Assembly (NCBI GenBank): GCA_023205875.1 | Contig: CP060758.1 | Coordinates: forward strand, 992,001 to 1,056,000 | Length of the DNA stretch: 64,000 nucleotides | Reading direction: 5' to 3' | DNA from: Chloropicon primus | Lineage: Eukaryota | Translations under genes and position numbers: made by a program | Notes under the pieces: model-generated | The model's database searches: none | What the model was told of the DNA's origin: nothing | The model's input: only the letters and a program-made list of their open reading frames with translations | In this document: positions 41,855 through 51,943 of the stretch, one piece after another | Position numbering within the stretch: the stretch's first letter is position 1 | How the letters are laid out: each line of letters starts with the position of its first letter

Positions 41855-42060
41855 CTCCTCAGGGTTGCACATACGTTTGTTAGTACGGGCTGCCGTGCGT
41901 GGGCGGAAGTATTCGTTCATGTACGGTGGAATGGTCGTGGTAGGGCTGAATTACCCTGCCGAGAAACTTACAAACTCGGTGAAACGACCTTTGCAGAAAA
42001 CTAACAGGTAAGTAGGGGCCGGTTTCTCTCCGTGTTTCTCTCTTTCAGTGGAAAGGAGAA
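41847..42060 (+). ncRNA. Candidate Fanzor omegaRNA scaffold plus adjacent guide region (boundaries uncertain)
   Basis: Nested helices immediately 3' of the ORF: 41847-41872 hairpin, TGTTAGT/ACTAACA, GTACGG/CCGTGC, GGTCGT/ACGACC, GGTAGGG/CCCTGCC, CCGAG/CTCGG. This is the position expected for TnpB/Fanzor omegaRNAs. Confidence 0.6.
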
Positions 42061-42312
42061 CTTGCCTTTGTGCTTCCAGTATTGACTGTGATTTCCCTAC
42101 CGTCCTTTCGTGACTTTTCTGTGTGCTGTTTTTGATCTGATGTCTGAACACCATAACAAGACCTGACCTTGAAACGTGCCCGATGAGCCGCAGAAGGAGA
42201 TGAGAGTGAGAATGAGGAGTCCACGCAACACGCATTCCCGATGCCGGAGCCTCGGTATTATTAAAAAAGGGTTTATCTTTCTCAAGCAGGCTTTCATATT
42301 AATCTCGTTCCC

Positions 42313-45300
42313 TCACCTCTTCCACAGGTTCGGTGGCAGTCCGTAGTACACTGGGCTGCTTCCAGTCAATCGAGTCAGCTTGCAGGCCTTTCGAGCTCGC
42401 ATGATGCTGTTTGCGGTGAGCCTTCCCTCGTCGCCCCCCTCGCTGCTCAAGCAGTTCTCCAATACCTCCTTCGCAAACCTGTCGATGTCCTTGTCGGTCA
42501 CGTCCCACAAGTTTCCGACCGCGATGGGGCTCCCCGCAAGGAGGTAGGAGAGCAGGAACCCCCTTCCGTGACTCATGTGGTTCTTGCTCAGCCTCGCGCT
42601 GCTGCATCCCATGAGAAAGACCGGGGAGCACCTCTTCAGCTTTTCCATGGTGGACTTGGAGATGTACTGCTCGCACGTCCCGTGGCCAAAGTAGAGGAAG
42701 ATGTCCTTGAGCGACAGCATGTCGATCAGGGCGGAGTTGTCCGGGGCCTCGCCGGCCAGCCCAGCCCAGCCCTGCTGCTCGGCAAACCAGCTCTCAAAGC
42801 AAGTTTGGGTGCTCACAAGGTCGCCGCTGGGATTCAGCAGGAAGTACGCGTTGCTCCAGTTGAGGTCGGCCGCGGCTCCTGGCTCTGAGGAGGCCACCCT
42901 GGCGTGCGCTCGGTGGACGTAAGACATGGACGGCACCCTGTAAAACTCTTGGCCGCCCAGGCTGGGCAGCGATTCCCACGGGAAGGGCTGGCACTGGCCA
43001 TCCAGGGCGAGGAGGACGGGCCCAGGACTGAATTCTGCGAGAGGCGGCAGTCCCGAAGCTGCCGCCTTGATGCTCTCAGAGAGGGCCTTCAATTCCTTGT
43101 TGCCCACCGCCTGTGTTGTGGCCGAGGACGCGAGAACAGCCCTGAGCTGCACGCAGATCTGCACCGCCGTGTAGTGCCTGGCATGCAGCACCACAAGCCT
43201 CAGTAGGTCTGCAGTGCGGGGGGTGAGTTCCAAGAGCGAGCAAAGTGATCGCACTTTGCTGTCAAGGGATTCCAAGTTCTTGGTCGCCTCCCCCTGCAGA
43301 AAGACTGTGTACGGGCCCAAAATTTCCTCGTCCACCCTCTGCATGAGAGCTGAGAGCTCCTCGTCGAGGTCGATTCTCTTCTTCCACCACTTCTTCATTT
43401 GCTTCTTGTCGCTAAAGTCCCACGTGTCCTTCATGGAGGCATTGCTCCTGCAGAGGAGATCGCTGAGCTCGCCGAGGAACGTCCCTTCGCCAAGTCTGGA
43501 GCCCCCATCGAGAGGGATTTGGACAGCAACAGATCTTTCGTTCTGAAGCACTCGGGTGAGTGTCACGATGGGCTTGGGGGAGACGCGCAAAATATCTGAT
43601 GGGAGAGTCACGCTGATCGTGCACGCGGCAACTTCCTTTGGTATGATTCCAAAGAGCCTTGCGAAACTCTGAGAATTCTCCCTCAGCCCTGCCGCGTCGA
43701 CCCAACCAATGCCTTCGAATTGGCAAGGTGCCTGCTGGTCGCACTCATCGAGCTGCGTGTCCTTACCCTTGCAGAAGCCATCTCGAAGAAAATTTGTGCG
43801 AAGAATGCAGGTGCTTTGCAGGTGGTACGAAGTGCCGATCGAAGCGTGGAAAAACATCGAGGCCTGATTTGGCAGCTCAGGAGACAGGAGCAGACCCAGC
43901 AGCTGTGCAATCTTGTAGCTCAAAAGCGGAATGCCCTTGCTCTCCTTGTAGGCTTCCAGGAGTGTGTCCACAACGCCATCTCTCGCGTCTCTGTCCGTCT
44001 CGGCGCCGCCGGCGGGGTCTTCAAAGTCCAGATGGCGGACAGCAGAGTCCGTGCTCTCTTGGTGCTGACGAGGTAGAATCATTGAGCATGATGCCTCAGG
44101 CTCTTCGCTGTGTTCAAAAATCTTCAGGATCGCCGACAGGAACAAGTACCTGGATTTGTGCCCTGAGCCAGCCAGCTCTGCCAATTGCAGTAATTTCTGG
44201 CTAGCCTTCAGCAGTGTGCAAGCCTTTCCTTTCTGGCCATCCAAAATCAGTGCTTCTCCCATGAGAAGGTTTACCTCCAACGACAAGACTGAGAAGCGTG
44301 AGGCCAGTATTTTCCCTGCCACACTACTAGATTTCAACCCCACGAATCTTTCCCTCTGCACGGAAAGGGATTGCTGAGCTTGCTTTGCCTGGCACAGGGC
44401 AGATTCACATGTGCTTGCGCCCACGCTCAGAGATCCTTCACAGAGCTCTATCTCGATACCCACGAGCTGGGTGGGCAATTCCTCGAACCCGTTCTCCCTG
44501 AGCACGCCCAAACTTTTTCTTGCATTCCTCAAATGATCCTCTGCTTTGCTCGAGTTGCACCTCATGAAGTACGCTTGGCTCAATCTCAAAGATGCGATGC
44601 AAACGTAAAAGTGGTTGACGTCTGACCCAGCGAGATGGAGTATCTCGTGGTACGTCCTAGACGCGTCTTCTGGGAGGCCACACACGCATTGAAGGTCTCC
44701 GGTATAAAGCAAGCAGAGAACATGAAGATTCCTTGTCAGTGCCTTCTGGAACTCAGTTCCACCGCCCTTCGCTGTGCCAGCTTTAATCATTCCCTGCGTA
44801 AGGCGATTCGCTTCCGCTGCATGAGCCAGAGCTTTCCCGTGCTCCCCGCCCTCGTGGCACGCCGCCGCCAGAACGAGCTGCAGCAGAGTTCTCATCATGC
44901 GTCCATTCTCTTCGTTCCTGATCCAAGTGTCGATTCTGCGAGCTTCTTGCAAGACGTTGCCAGAGCCCACGAGCGAAAGCAGTTTGCCCATGAAAGTCTT
45001 TGTCGTAGGCTCCAACTCACTATGGACGCTCTGCAGCACAGAAAGGTCCTCAACGCAGACCAGCAGCTGCCTTGGGCTTACTTGCTTGGAGTAAAAGTTG
45101 ACCAGGGCGTGGCTCGTGAGCCTGCTTGCGTAGAGCAGAGCAATGCCTCCCTTTTCAAAATCGTGGTGGCTCTGGAAATGCAAGAACCACTCCTGAAGCA
45201 GGCAATTGCCTCGATCAATGAGCTCGGAGTGGCCCGAATAAGCTGCCTCTTGGCACAGGCGCGCCATTGCCTGCACGCAATGTTTTCCCAGGCAAATAAG

Positions 45301-48081
45301 TCTCCCAGGTGCCTCCCCCCGGCCCGGTTCAAGCTGGGTGAGCGTCCCCAGACACTCCTCCCAGTGCGCCATGGATTCTTCTGCAAAGGCAGACCAGTGC
45401 TCTGCATCGCTCTCTGTGCGAGAAGAAAATTTCCGAAGGTGGTTGGTCATGCAAGCCAGATTGTAGCTCATCCTGGCTGCCAGGTCCGTGCAGATGACAT
45501 TTTGGAACAGATCCACATCGTTCTCGAAACCCGCCCGGCTTTCCTGCAACTCTTTGTGCGCTTCTCTCACGAACGCAACGCTGTCCGTCACATAATGTGA
45601 GTTCTGGCAGTGCTTCCCAAAGCAAACAAGATTCTTCGTGACGGTCGAAAGGTGGACGAGCAACGCCAGTTGGTCTGACCCTTGGAATCCGCTCTCCTTC
45701 TCGTCAGCAATCAAGGGAGTGAGCAATTCCAGCAATTCCATCTGAATTCCATCCTCGTGCAGCGTCTCTGAAAGCAGAACGGTGTCCATGAACGTCAGGA
45801 AGAAGCTTGTCTTCCCACCCGCGATCAAAAGCTCGAGCAAGGTCTTGTACAGTCCTTTGTGGCGGTGCCAGACTTCGTTGGCTACCTTGACCACTCTGCA
45901 CAGCACCTTTGGAAACTGAGCGAGAGGGCAGGACATGCTTTTGATCATTTGGGCCCAAGCAACGCAATCCCCGCATTTCAACATCCCCTCAGATATTCTG
46001 ACGCCAAACAGGACAAGATCCTGTAGCTGGCTTCCGTGCAGCACCTCCACCTCTGCTACATTGTGATTCCAGCATTGCATCCCGACGCCTTTGTGGTTCT
46101 CGTCTGGATCAAAGATTGCGGACAGGGCAAGGAATGCGAGCTCGAGCATTTGCGATGCCAGGCCACACCGATTCTTTCCCAGCACTTCTATTGCGGTATT
46201 GTACACTGACTTTGCAAGCCACAGAATTTGTTCGCCGACTAGGTCTCCTCCTACCCTTCTCGTGAGTGAAAGGAACGTTTCCGCCTCGAAAGGGGGGGCT
46301 TCCTTCTCAGTCAGCCAGGATCCCCGGAGCCTGCAAGCAGCGACGAGCGAAGTCGCCATCACTGCGTAGCTCCTTTTCAAGGTATTCTGATCCGCTTCCG
46401 AGTTCTGCAGAGCTTTCACGAGGCACGGCGACGTCTCCAGTAGTGAAGTAGCTGCCCGAGCCTCAGCCTCGCTCCCAACTTTCCTCGCCTGGGAAATCCG
46501 GCTCCGGAAATCGTCCACACCGTGAATGACTGCTTCCCAGAAGATGGCGCCATGCATCGCTTTATCTGTCTTCCCGTGGGCAAGAAGGGACTCAACCTCC
46601 CCCCTGCAGTCGTTCATTGCCGTGGCACCTCCCTCGGCGCACTCTGTGAGCCGGGAGATGGCCCCCACAACCCTGCCCAGGACGTCGGTCCCGTCTAAAT
46701 CAACCGCCCTGCCCAGCGCTCCAGAGTAGTTGATCTCACCATTGTGAGCCTTGCAAACCTTTGCAAACTCCATCGCGCATCTCACGACAAGACGAGGTCT
46801 GAGGGATGCAGACTGGAAGGAGGTCTCAGGCTCCTCGTAGAACGTCCTCAATCCCGCTTCAAAGACTCGCGAGGATCTCTCCGCGCAGAGTTGCTTGCAC
46901 ATGTACGCGAGGAGGACCGGGATCTGAAGCTGCTCCTTGGTGGTCCAGGAGTTGCGCAAGGTTCCGAGAAGCAGGGCCTTGATCGCCCCGTCTTCTCCCC
47001 CTGGGACCGGACTGTTATTCGCCTCGCGCTGGAGGAGTTTGCAGCAGAAGGTTCTGACCGACGCTGCGCCTTTTGCCCCCTCCTCGTCCGGGAGAAGTTT
47101 TGCCCAGGGCCCAATCCCGGAGCAGTACGAGGCAGCCTGGCTGACCGCCACGCGCGCGGGGCTTTGGTCACCCTCCCCCTCCCTCCTGGAGTGCAGGTGG
47201 GTCAGGACGTGAAGCAGGGAGGACACCGCGGCCTCGCCGGCGCCCCTCTCCCCGATTCGATTGGCCTTGAGCGTTTCTCTCGGGTCCGCACCCCCGTGCG
47301 TCCAAGCCAGCTCCAGCACCCTCGTCGCCTGCTCGAGGCTTTGGGGCTTCATCCCCGCCCGGTGGAAGCACAGCACCAAGCTGTACATCGGACTCAAGAA
47401 GCTCAGGGGGTGTCTCCGAAAGAAGGACGACGAGGTCTCCGTTTTCCTGCACAGGGCGCCCAAGGCCGCGCGGGCTGCGTTCCAGGCCGACAGCAGCGCG
47501 CCTCGAGAGATGCTGCTCCTCTGCCTCTCCTCCAGCCCGAGCGCCGCGCTCACGAAGCCTTGGAGCCCCTCGTCCGTCTCCGAGTCCCAGTCCACGAGTC
47601 CAGCCGAGTCCCAGTCCTCGAGTGCCTGGACTACGCTCTCGCACGCTTCGGCCACCTTCTTCTCGCTCAGACCCTTCTTGAGCGCCAGGACCCGCCCCGC
47701 CTGCTCCGCCGCGTCTCTCACCCCATCCGCCGCGCCTCCGCCGCGGCTGGTGCTCGTACCCTCCGCCCCTCCTCTCGCCTCCTCGTCTTGAGAAGGACGA
47801 GGAGGCGAAGAAGAACGAGGAGGAGAAGCAGACTTCTTCGCCTTCCTCGTTCTCGTCCTCGTCTGCCTCCTCGCCCTCGCCCCGGTCCCAATCTCTCCCT
47901 CCTCCCCCACCTTCTCCGTCTTGTTGCTGCCAGAAGGAGAAGGTGGTGCCTCCATCGCCTCGGCCCTCGTCGCCCTCGTCTTCGCCCTCGTCTTCGCCCT
48001 CGTCTTCGTGTTTGTGTTTGTGTTTGTGTTCGTGGCCTCCCCGAGGGGCCCTCTGTCCAGGTCCCTCCTCCTCGTCCTCAT
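42313..48081 (-). CDS. ESP1: Separase
   Basis: C-terminal peptidase C50: WWKKRIDLD, FPWESLP, LLNPSGDL, YFGHG (His), LMGCSS (Cys), GNLWDVTDKDID. Confidence 0.93.
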   Translation of the reverse strand: MRTRRRDLDRGPLGEATNTNTNTNTKTRAKTRAKTRATRAEAMEAPPSPSGSNKTEKVGEEGEIGTGARARRQTRTRTRKAKKSASPPRSSSPPRPSQDEEARGGAEGTSTSRGGGAADGVRDAAEQAGRVLALKKGLSEKKVAEACESVVQALEDWDSAGLVDWDSETDEGLQGFVSAALGLEERQRSSISRGALLSAWNAARAALGALCRKTETSSSFFRRHPLSFLSPMYSLVLCFHRAGMKPQSLEQATRVLELAWTHGGADPRETLKANRIGERGAGEAAVSSLLHVLTHLHSRREGEGDQSPARVAVSQAASYCSGIGPWAKLLPDEEGAKGAASVRTFCCKLLQREANNSPVPGGEDGAIKALLLGTLRNSWTTKEQLQIPVLLAYMCKQLCAERSSRVFEAGLRTFYEEPETSFQSASLRPRLVVRCAMEFAKVCKAHNGEINYSGALGRAVDLDGTDVLGRVVGAISRLTECAEGGATAMNDCRGEVESLLAHGKTDKAMHGAIFWEAVIHGVDDFRSRISQARKVGSEAEARAATSLLETSPCLVKALQNSEADQNTLKRSYAVMATSLVAACRLRGSWLTEKEAPPFEAETFLSLTRRVGGDLVGEQILWLAKSVYNTAIEVLGKNRCGLASQMLELAFLALSAIFDPDENHKGVGMQCWNHNVAEVEVLHGSQLQDLVLFGVRISEGMLKCGDCVAWAQMIKSMSCPLAQFPKVLCRVVKVANEVWHRHKGLYKTLLELLIAGGKTSFFLTFMDTVLLSETLHEDGIQMELLELLTPLIADEKESGFQGSDQLALLVHLSTVTKNLVCFGKHCQNSHYVTDSVAFVREAHKELQESRAGFENDVDLFQNVICTDLAARMSYNLACMTNHLRKFSSRTESDAEHWSAFAEESMAHWEECLGTLTQLEPGRGEAPGRLICLGKHCVQAMARLCQEAAYSGHSELIDRGNCLLQEWFLHFQSHHDFEKGGIALLYASRLTSHALVNFYSKQVSPRQLLVCVEDLSVLQSVHSELEPTTKTFMGKLLSLVGSGNVLQEARRIDTWIRNEENGRMMRTLLQLVLAAACHEGGEHGKALAHAAEANRLTQGMIKAGTAKGGGTEFQKALTRNLHVLCLLYTGDLQCVCGLPEDASRTYHEILHLAGSDVNHFYVCIASLRLSQAYFMRCNSSKAEDHLRNARKSLGVLRENGFEELPTQLVGIEIELCEGSLSVGASTCESALCQAKQAQQSLSVQRERFVGLKSSSVAGKILASRFSVLSLEVNLLMGEALILDGQKGKACTLLKASQKLLQLAELAGSGHKSRYLFLSAILKIFEHSEEPEASCSMILPRQHQESTDSAVRHLDFEDPAGGAETDRDARDGVVDTLLEAYKESKGIPLLSYKIAQLLGLLLSPELPNQASMFFHASIGTSYHLQSTCILRTNFLRDGFCKGKDTQLDECDQQAPCQFEGIGWVDAAGLRENSQSFARLFGIIPKEVAACTISVTLPSDILRVSPKPIVTLTRVLQNERSVAVQIPLDGGSRLGEGTFLGELSDLLCRSNASMKDTWDFSDKKQMKKWWKKRIDLDEELSALMQRVDEEILGPYTVFLQGEATKNLESLDSKVRSLCSLLELTPRTADLLRLVVLHARHYTAVQICVQLRAVLASSATTQAVGNKELKALSESIKAAASGLPPLAEFSPGPVLLALDGQCQPFPWESLPSLGGQEFYRVPSMSYVHRAHARVASSEPGAAADLNWSNAYFLLNPSGDLVSTQTCFESWFAEQQGWAGLAGEAPDNSALIDMLSLKDIFLYFGHGTCEQYISKSTMEKLKRCSPVFLMGCSSARLSKNHMSHGRGFLLSYLLAGSPIAVGNLWDVTDKDIDRFAKEVLENCLSSEGGDEGRLTANSIMRARKACKLTRLTGSSPVYYGLPPNLWKR

Positions 48082-48441
48082 CCTGTGATCGATCGCGATC
48101 GATCAAGCGCGCGATCGCTTGCTCTTCTGTCGGCAGTCCTTTTCAAACGAACGAAAAAGCATCGGATCCCTTCTGGGATCCGAATCAAAAAGCACCGGAC
48201 CGGAGCGACGAGGAGGTGAGTGGGAAAGCCACGACGACCGCGACCGCGACCGCGACCGCGACCACGATAGAGAAGGGAACGAAGAGGTGGGACTGACGGA
48301 CGGACGCCTGGATCGATTGGCTCTTCTTCCAATTTTTTTCTTTTCTTTTCTTTTCGGCTTGGTTTGGTTTGGTTTGGTTTGGTGTGTGGTGTCTTGTGGT
48401 TGGCAGCAAGAAGAGGAAGAGGAGGGAGTGGTTGTGAGAAG

Positions 48442-49616
48442 ATGAACGTGGCGAAGTTGACGAGGGGGTTGGGGATGATTGGAAGGACGAAGGTGGGGAC
48501 GACGGCTTGGATCCAGTGGAAGACCACGGGGTGCAGAGCTGTGGCGACTTCGGCGACTTCGAACATGAGTCCAGGACAGAGGCTGAGGAAGTTGGTGGAG
48601 GAGGCCGCGGCGACGAAGAACCCTTTGCAGATTGTCGGGGCCATCAATGCGTACTCCGCTCTGATGGCGGAGAAGAAGGGGCACAAGGCGCTCTACCTGT
48701 CGGGTGGGGGGGTGGCCCTCTCGAGCTTGGGCGTGCCCGACCTCGGAATCACCACGCTGGATGACGTTCTTGTGAGTACGAGCAGGCGAGGAGGCGGATC
48801 CTTGACCACGGCATTCTCTCTCGGATTCTCCTCCGAACGAGCAGGTCTCGTGGAAGAGTTTCAGGCTGACTGACCGTTCACAAACGGATTACTCTCTCTC
48901 TCTCTTTCTGTCTCTGTTGACAACGACCACGACAGGTGGACGCCAGGAGGATCACCCGAGCCTGCCCAGACACCCCCTTGCTCGTCGACATCGACACTGG
49001 TTTCGGCAGCACCATCTTCAACGTGGGAAGGACGATTGAGGACATGGAAGCCATTGGCGTCGCGGGGGTTCACATGGAGGACCAGGTGGTGGCGAAGAGG
49101 TGCGGCCACAGGCCAAATAAGCAGATTGTGAGCACGCAGGAGATGATCCACAGGATCACCGCCGCCGTGGACGCGAGGAGGGACCCGAACTTCTTCATCA
49201 TGGCGAGGACAGACGCTCTCGCGTCCGAGGGGCTCGAGGCTGCCGTGGAGAGGTGCAAGCAGTACGTCGAGGCCGGCGCGGACGCCTTGTTCGTCGAGGC
49301 CGTCACGGAGCTCTCCCAGTACGAGGCCGTGGCCAAGGCTCTCCCAGGCGTTCCACTCCTCGCGAATTTGACGGAGTTCGGAAAGACGCCGCTCTGGGGG
49401 CTTGACGAGCTCGCCAAGGTCAACGTTGACATCGCCTTGTACCCCCTGAGCGCTTTCCGCGCCATGAGCAAGGCCGCTGACATCGTTTTCGAGACCCTCC
49501 ACAAGGAGGGCTCCTGCGTTCCTTGCATGGAGACGCTCCACACGAGGGAGGACACCTACGCCGTCATCGATTACCACAAGCACGAGCAGATGCTCGACAA
49601 GTTCCAGTCGGAGTAA
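48442..49616 (+). CDS. prpB: 2-methylisocitrate lyase, intron 48772-48935
   Basis: ALYLSGGG, LGVPDLG, LLVDIDTGFG, HMEDQV.AKRCGHRPNK, MARTDA, LANLTEFGKTP; N-terminal targeting-like extension. Confidence 0.92.
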
Positions 49617-49914
49617 GTTCCAGTCGAGAGTGAATAATACAACACGTGTTGAACCCAAGAGTCCTCGGGTGTGTGCGCGCGCTCCCTTCCCGGTGTGAAG
49701 GAGAGCGGTGGTCACGACGAGGCCAGAGCTAGCTCGAAGCTAAATGCTCAATAATAATTTAATCCTATCCTACCCTATCCTATCCTATCGTACCCAATTC
49801 AATTCCATTGCCCAATCTCCAGTTCGTTCTCTTCTCTCCTCCAGGGCCTCGGCCCAGATATTGCCGAAAGCCGCCGGATGGCCAGGTCATCACTTTTCAC
49901 TTTTTTCTTGTGAC

Positions 49915-49950
<36 letters not shown>

Positions 49951-49981
49951 ACGGTTGACGAGCGGAGAGGTGAAGTGAAGG

Positions 49982-51848
49982 ATGAGTAGTACGTTGCTTG
50001 CGAGGAAGACGGGCCTCTTGGCCGGAGCGCGCCTGAGGTTGGGTTTGGCGCCCTTGACCACCCAGGGTCAGACTGCTGCCACGAGACTTTTCTCCACTTC
50101 CGGGGACCATGTGATCCTCCCAGCGGACTCGAACCAGGTGGTTGGCCTGGCCGAGTACGCCAAGGCTTTCCTGGAGGAGGGGAAGGCGAACCCTTCGGAC
50201 GCCGTCCTCAAGAGGACCAACCTCTTCTTCACGGACGCCATGCTCTGTGGTGTCTCTGCTTTGGCCCTCAAGACCAACGCACCCACCGTGTTGAGAAAGG
50301 ACGCCATGGGCTACCCACTCGACAGGCAGAACGGAGGAGTCCCGCTCATTGGTACCTCCGAGACCGCCCATCCAGAGAAGGTTATCGCTGCCAATTGCGC
50401 GTCCACCAGAGAGGTAAGTCAAGCACCGGAGGCACCTCGCGGAGGGTCCCTCAGACGGGACTCAATTCGGTGCAGTTAGAGAAGACAAGGGAACGAAGTT
50501 CTTGCTCGCTTGATTCTTGCGCGCTCGATTTTGACGCGTCTTATGCCTCCTCTCCGCCTCACCCCTTTCTTTCGCGCAACAGTGGGATAGCAACGGAACG
50601 AACTTCGGATACAACCCAAAGTTGGGCCACACCGCCGGTGAGTTCGGGCACCCCGACTTCTTCCCTGTGGCAGTCGCCTCGGCTCAGCTTGCCAACCAGG
50701 ACGGAAAGTACGCCCTCTTGAGTATGCTCCTCTTGGAGGAGATCAGGTGCAGGCTCGGAGAGGTTTTCTCCCTCAAGTCCTACAAGATTGACCACGTCGT
50801 CCACGGAGCTATCGCCTCTGCGGTCGTCTATGGAACCGCCTTGGGAGCCACCGTGGAGCAGATCGAGTCCGCCGTGGGAATGACCGTGGCTCACTACGTG
50901 CCATTCCGCGCCATCAGGGCCGGAAAGCAGCTCAGTGACTCCAAGGGAAGCAGTTCTGCCATCAGCACCGAGGCCGCCATCATGGCCGTCAGAAGGTCCA
51001 TGAACGGCTTCAGGGGTCCAAAGGACATCTTCAGGAACCCTGAGGCCATCTTCAGGCTCTTCGAGGGTCCAGGCCAGATGCTCCAGAAGGTCAACGGCGC
51101 GGCCCCTAACCTGGAGGAGAAGGACGAGGCCCCATTCTACCTGTCTCTCGGAATGGCCGGCGACGACTTCGCCGTCATGGGCGAGCACTTCAAGCTTGGA
51201 TTGTACGAGCACCAGTCTGCTGGCGCCATCCAGGGACTCCTCAACCTCTTGGAGCAGAACCCTGACTTGATGTCCGAGAACGTCGAGGGCCAGAAGATCA
51301 AGAAGATCGCCATCACCGCCTACGAGCCTGCCTTCGGAATCATTGGCGACCCTGCCAAGAAGAACCCAACCACGAGGCAGTCTGCCGACCACTCCATGGC
51401 TTACATCATCTCCACCTTGCTGAGAAAGGCCTTGGAGTCTGGCAAGAGCGGCTGGAAGACGAGCATGTTGATGCCCGAGGACTATAGCGCCGAGTCCTTG
51501 TACCACCCTGTCACCAGGAGCCTCATGGAGAAGGTTGAGTTCAAGTGGGGCGGACCAGAGTACGATGAGAAGTACCCAGACGGAATCCCTACCAGCATGG
51601 TTGTGGCCACTGAGGACGGAAGGGAGCTGGAGTCTGGACTCATCATGTACCCTAAGGGTCACGCCAGGTCCTCCGACTTTGAGGACATCCTGGAACACAA
51701 GTTCGACTTGATGGGCACCCTTGCTTTCGGCGAGGCCGGCAAGGCTGAGGCCATGGCCAAGCTCACCAACTTGGGAGAGAAGTCCGCCCAGGAGGTCAAG
51801 GACATCTTTGACTTCAAGATTGATTATAAGGACTACAACGATGCTTAA
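49982..51848 (+). CDS. prpD: 2-methylcitrate dehydratase (MmgE/PrpD family), intron 50414-50582
   Basis: Spliced REWDSNGTNFGY, GEFGHPDFFPV, KIDHV, QLSDSKG, RQSADHSMAY, PKGHAR. Confidence 0.88.
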
Positions 51849-51943
51849 GGGATCAAGCTTCAGAAGAGAGGAAGAGAGAGTCGATGAGCTAATTTATCAT
51901 CCTAATTTAAATAAGCATTTTTCGTTTATTGTTGTGGATCAAC

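Noticed and set aside
39690..42085. Longer terminal inverted repeat (GGACAAGGCAAATCT vs AGAACTTGCCTTTGTGC) around Fanzor
   Set aside because: The alignment needs several gaps, shows no TSD and is consistent with chance.
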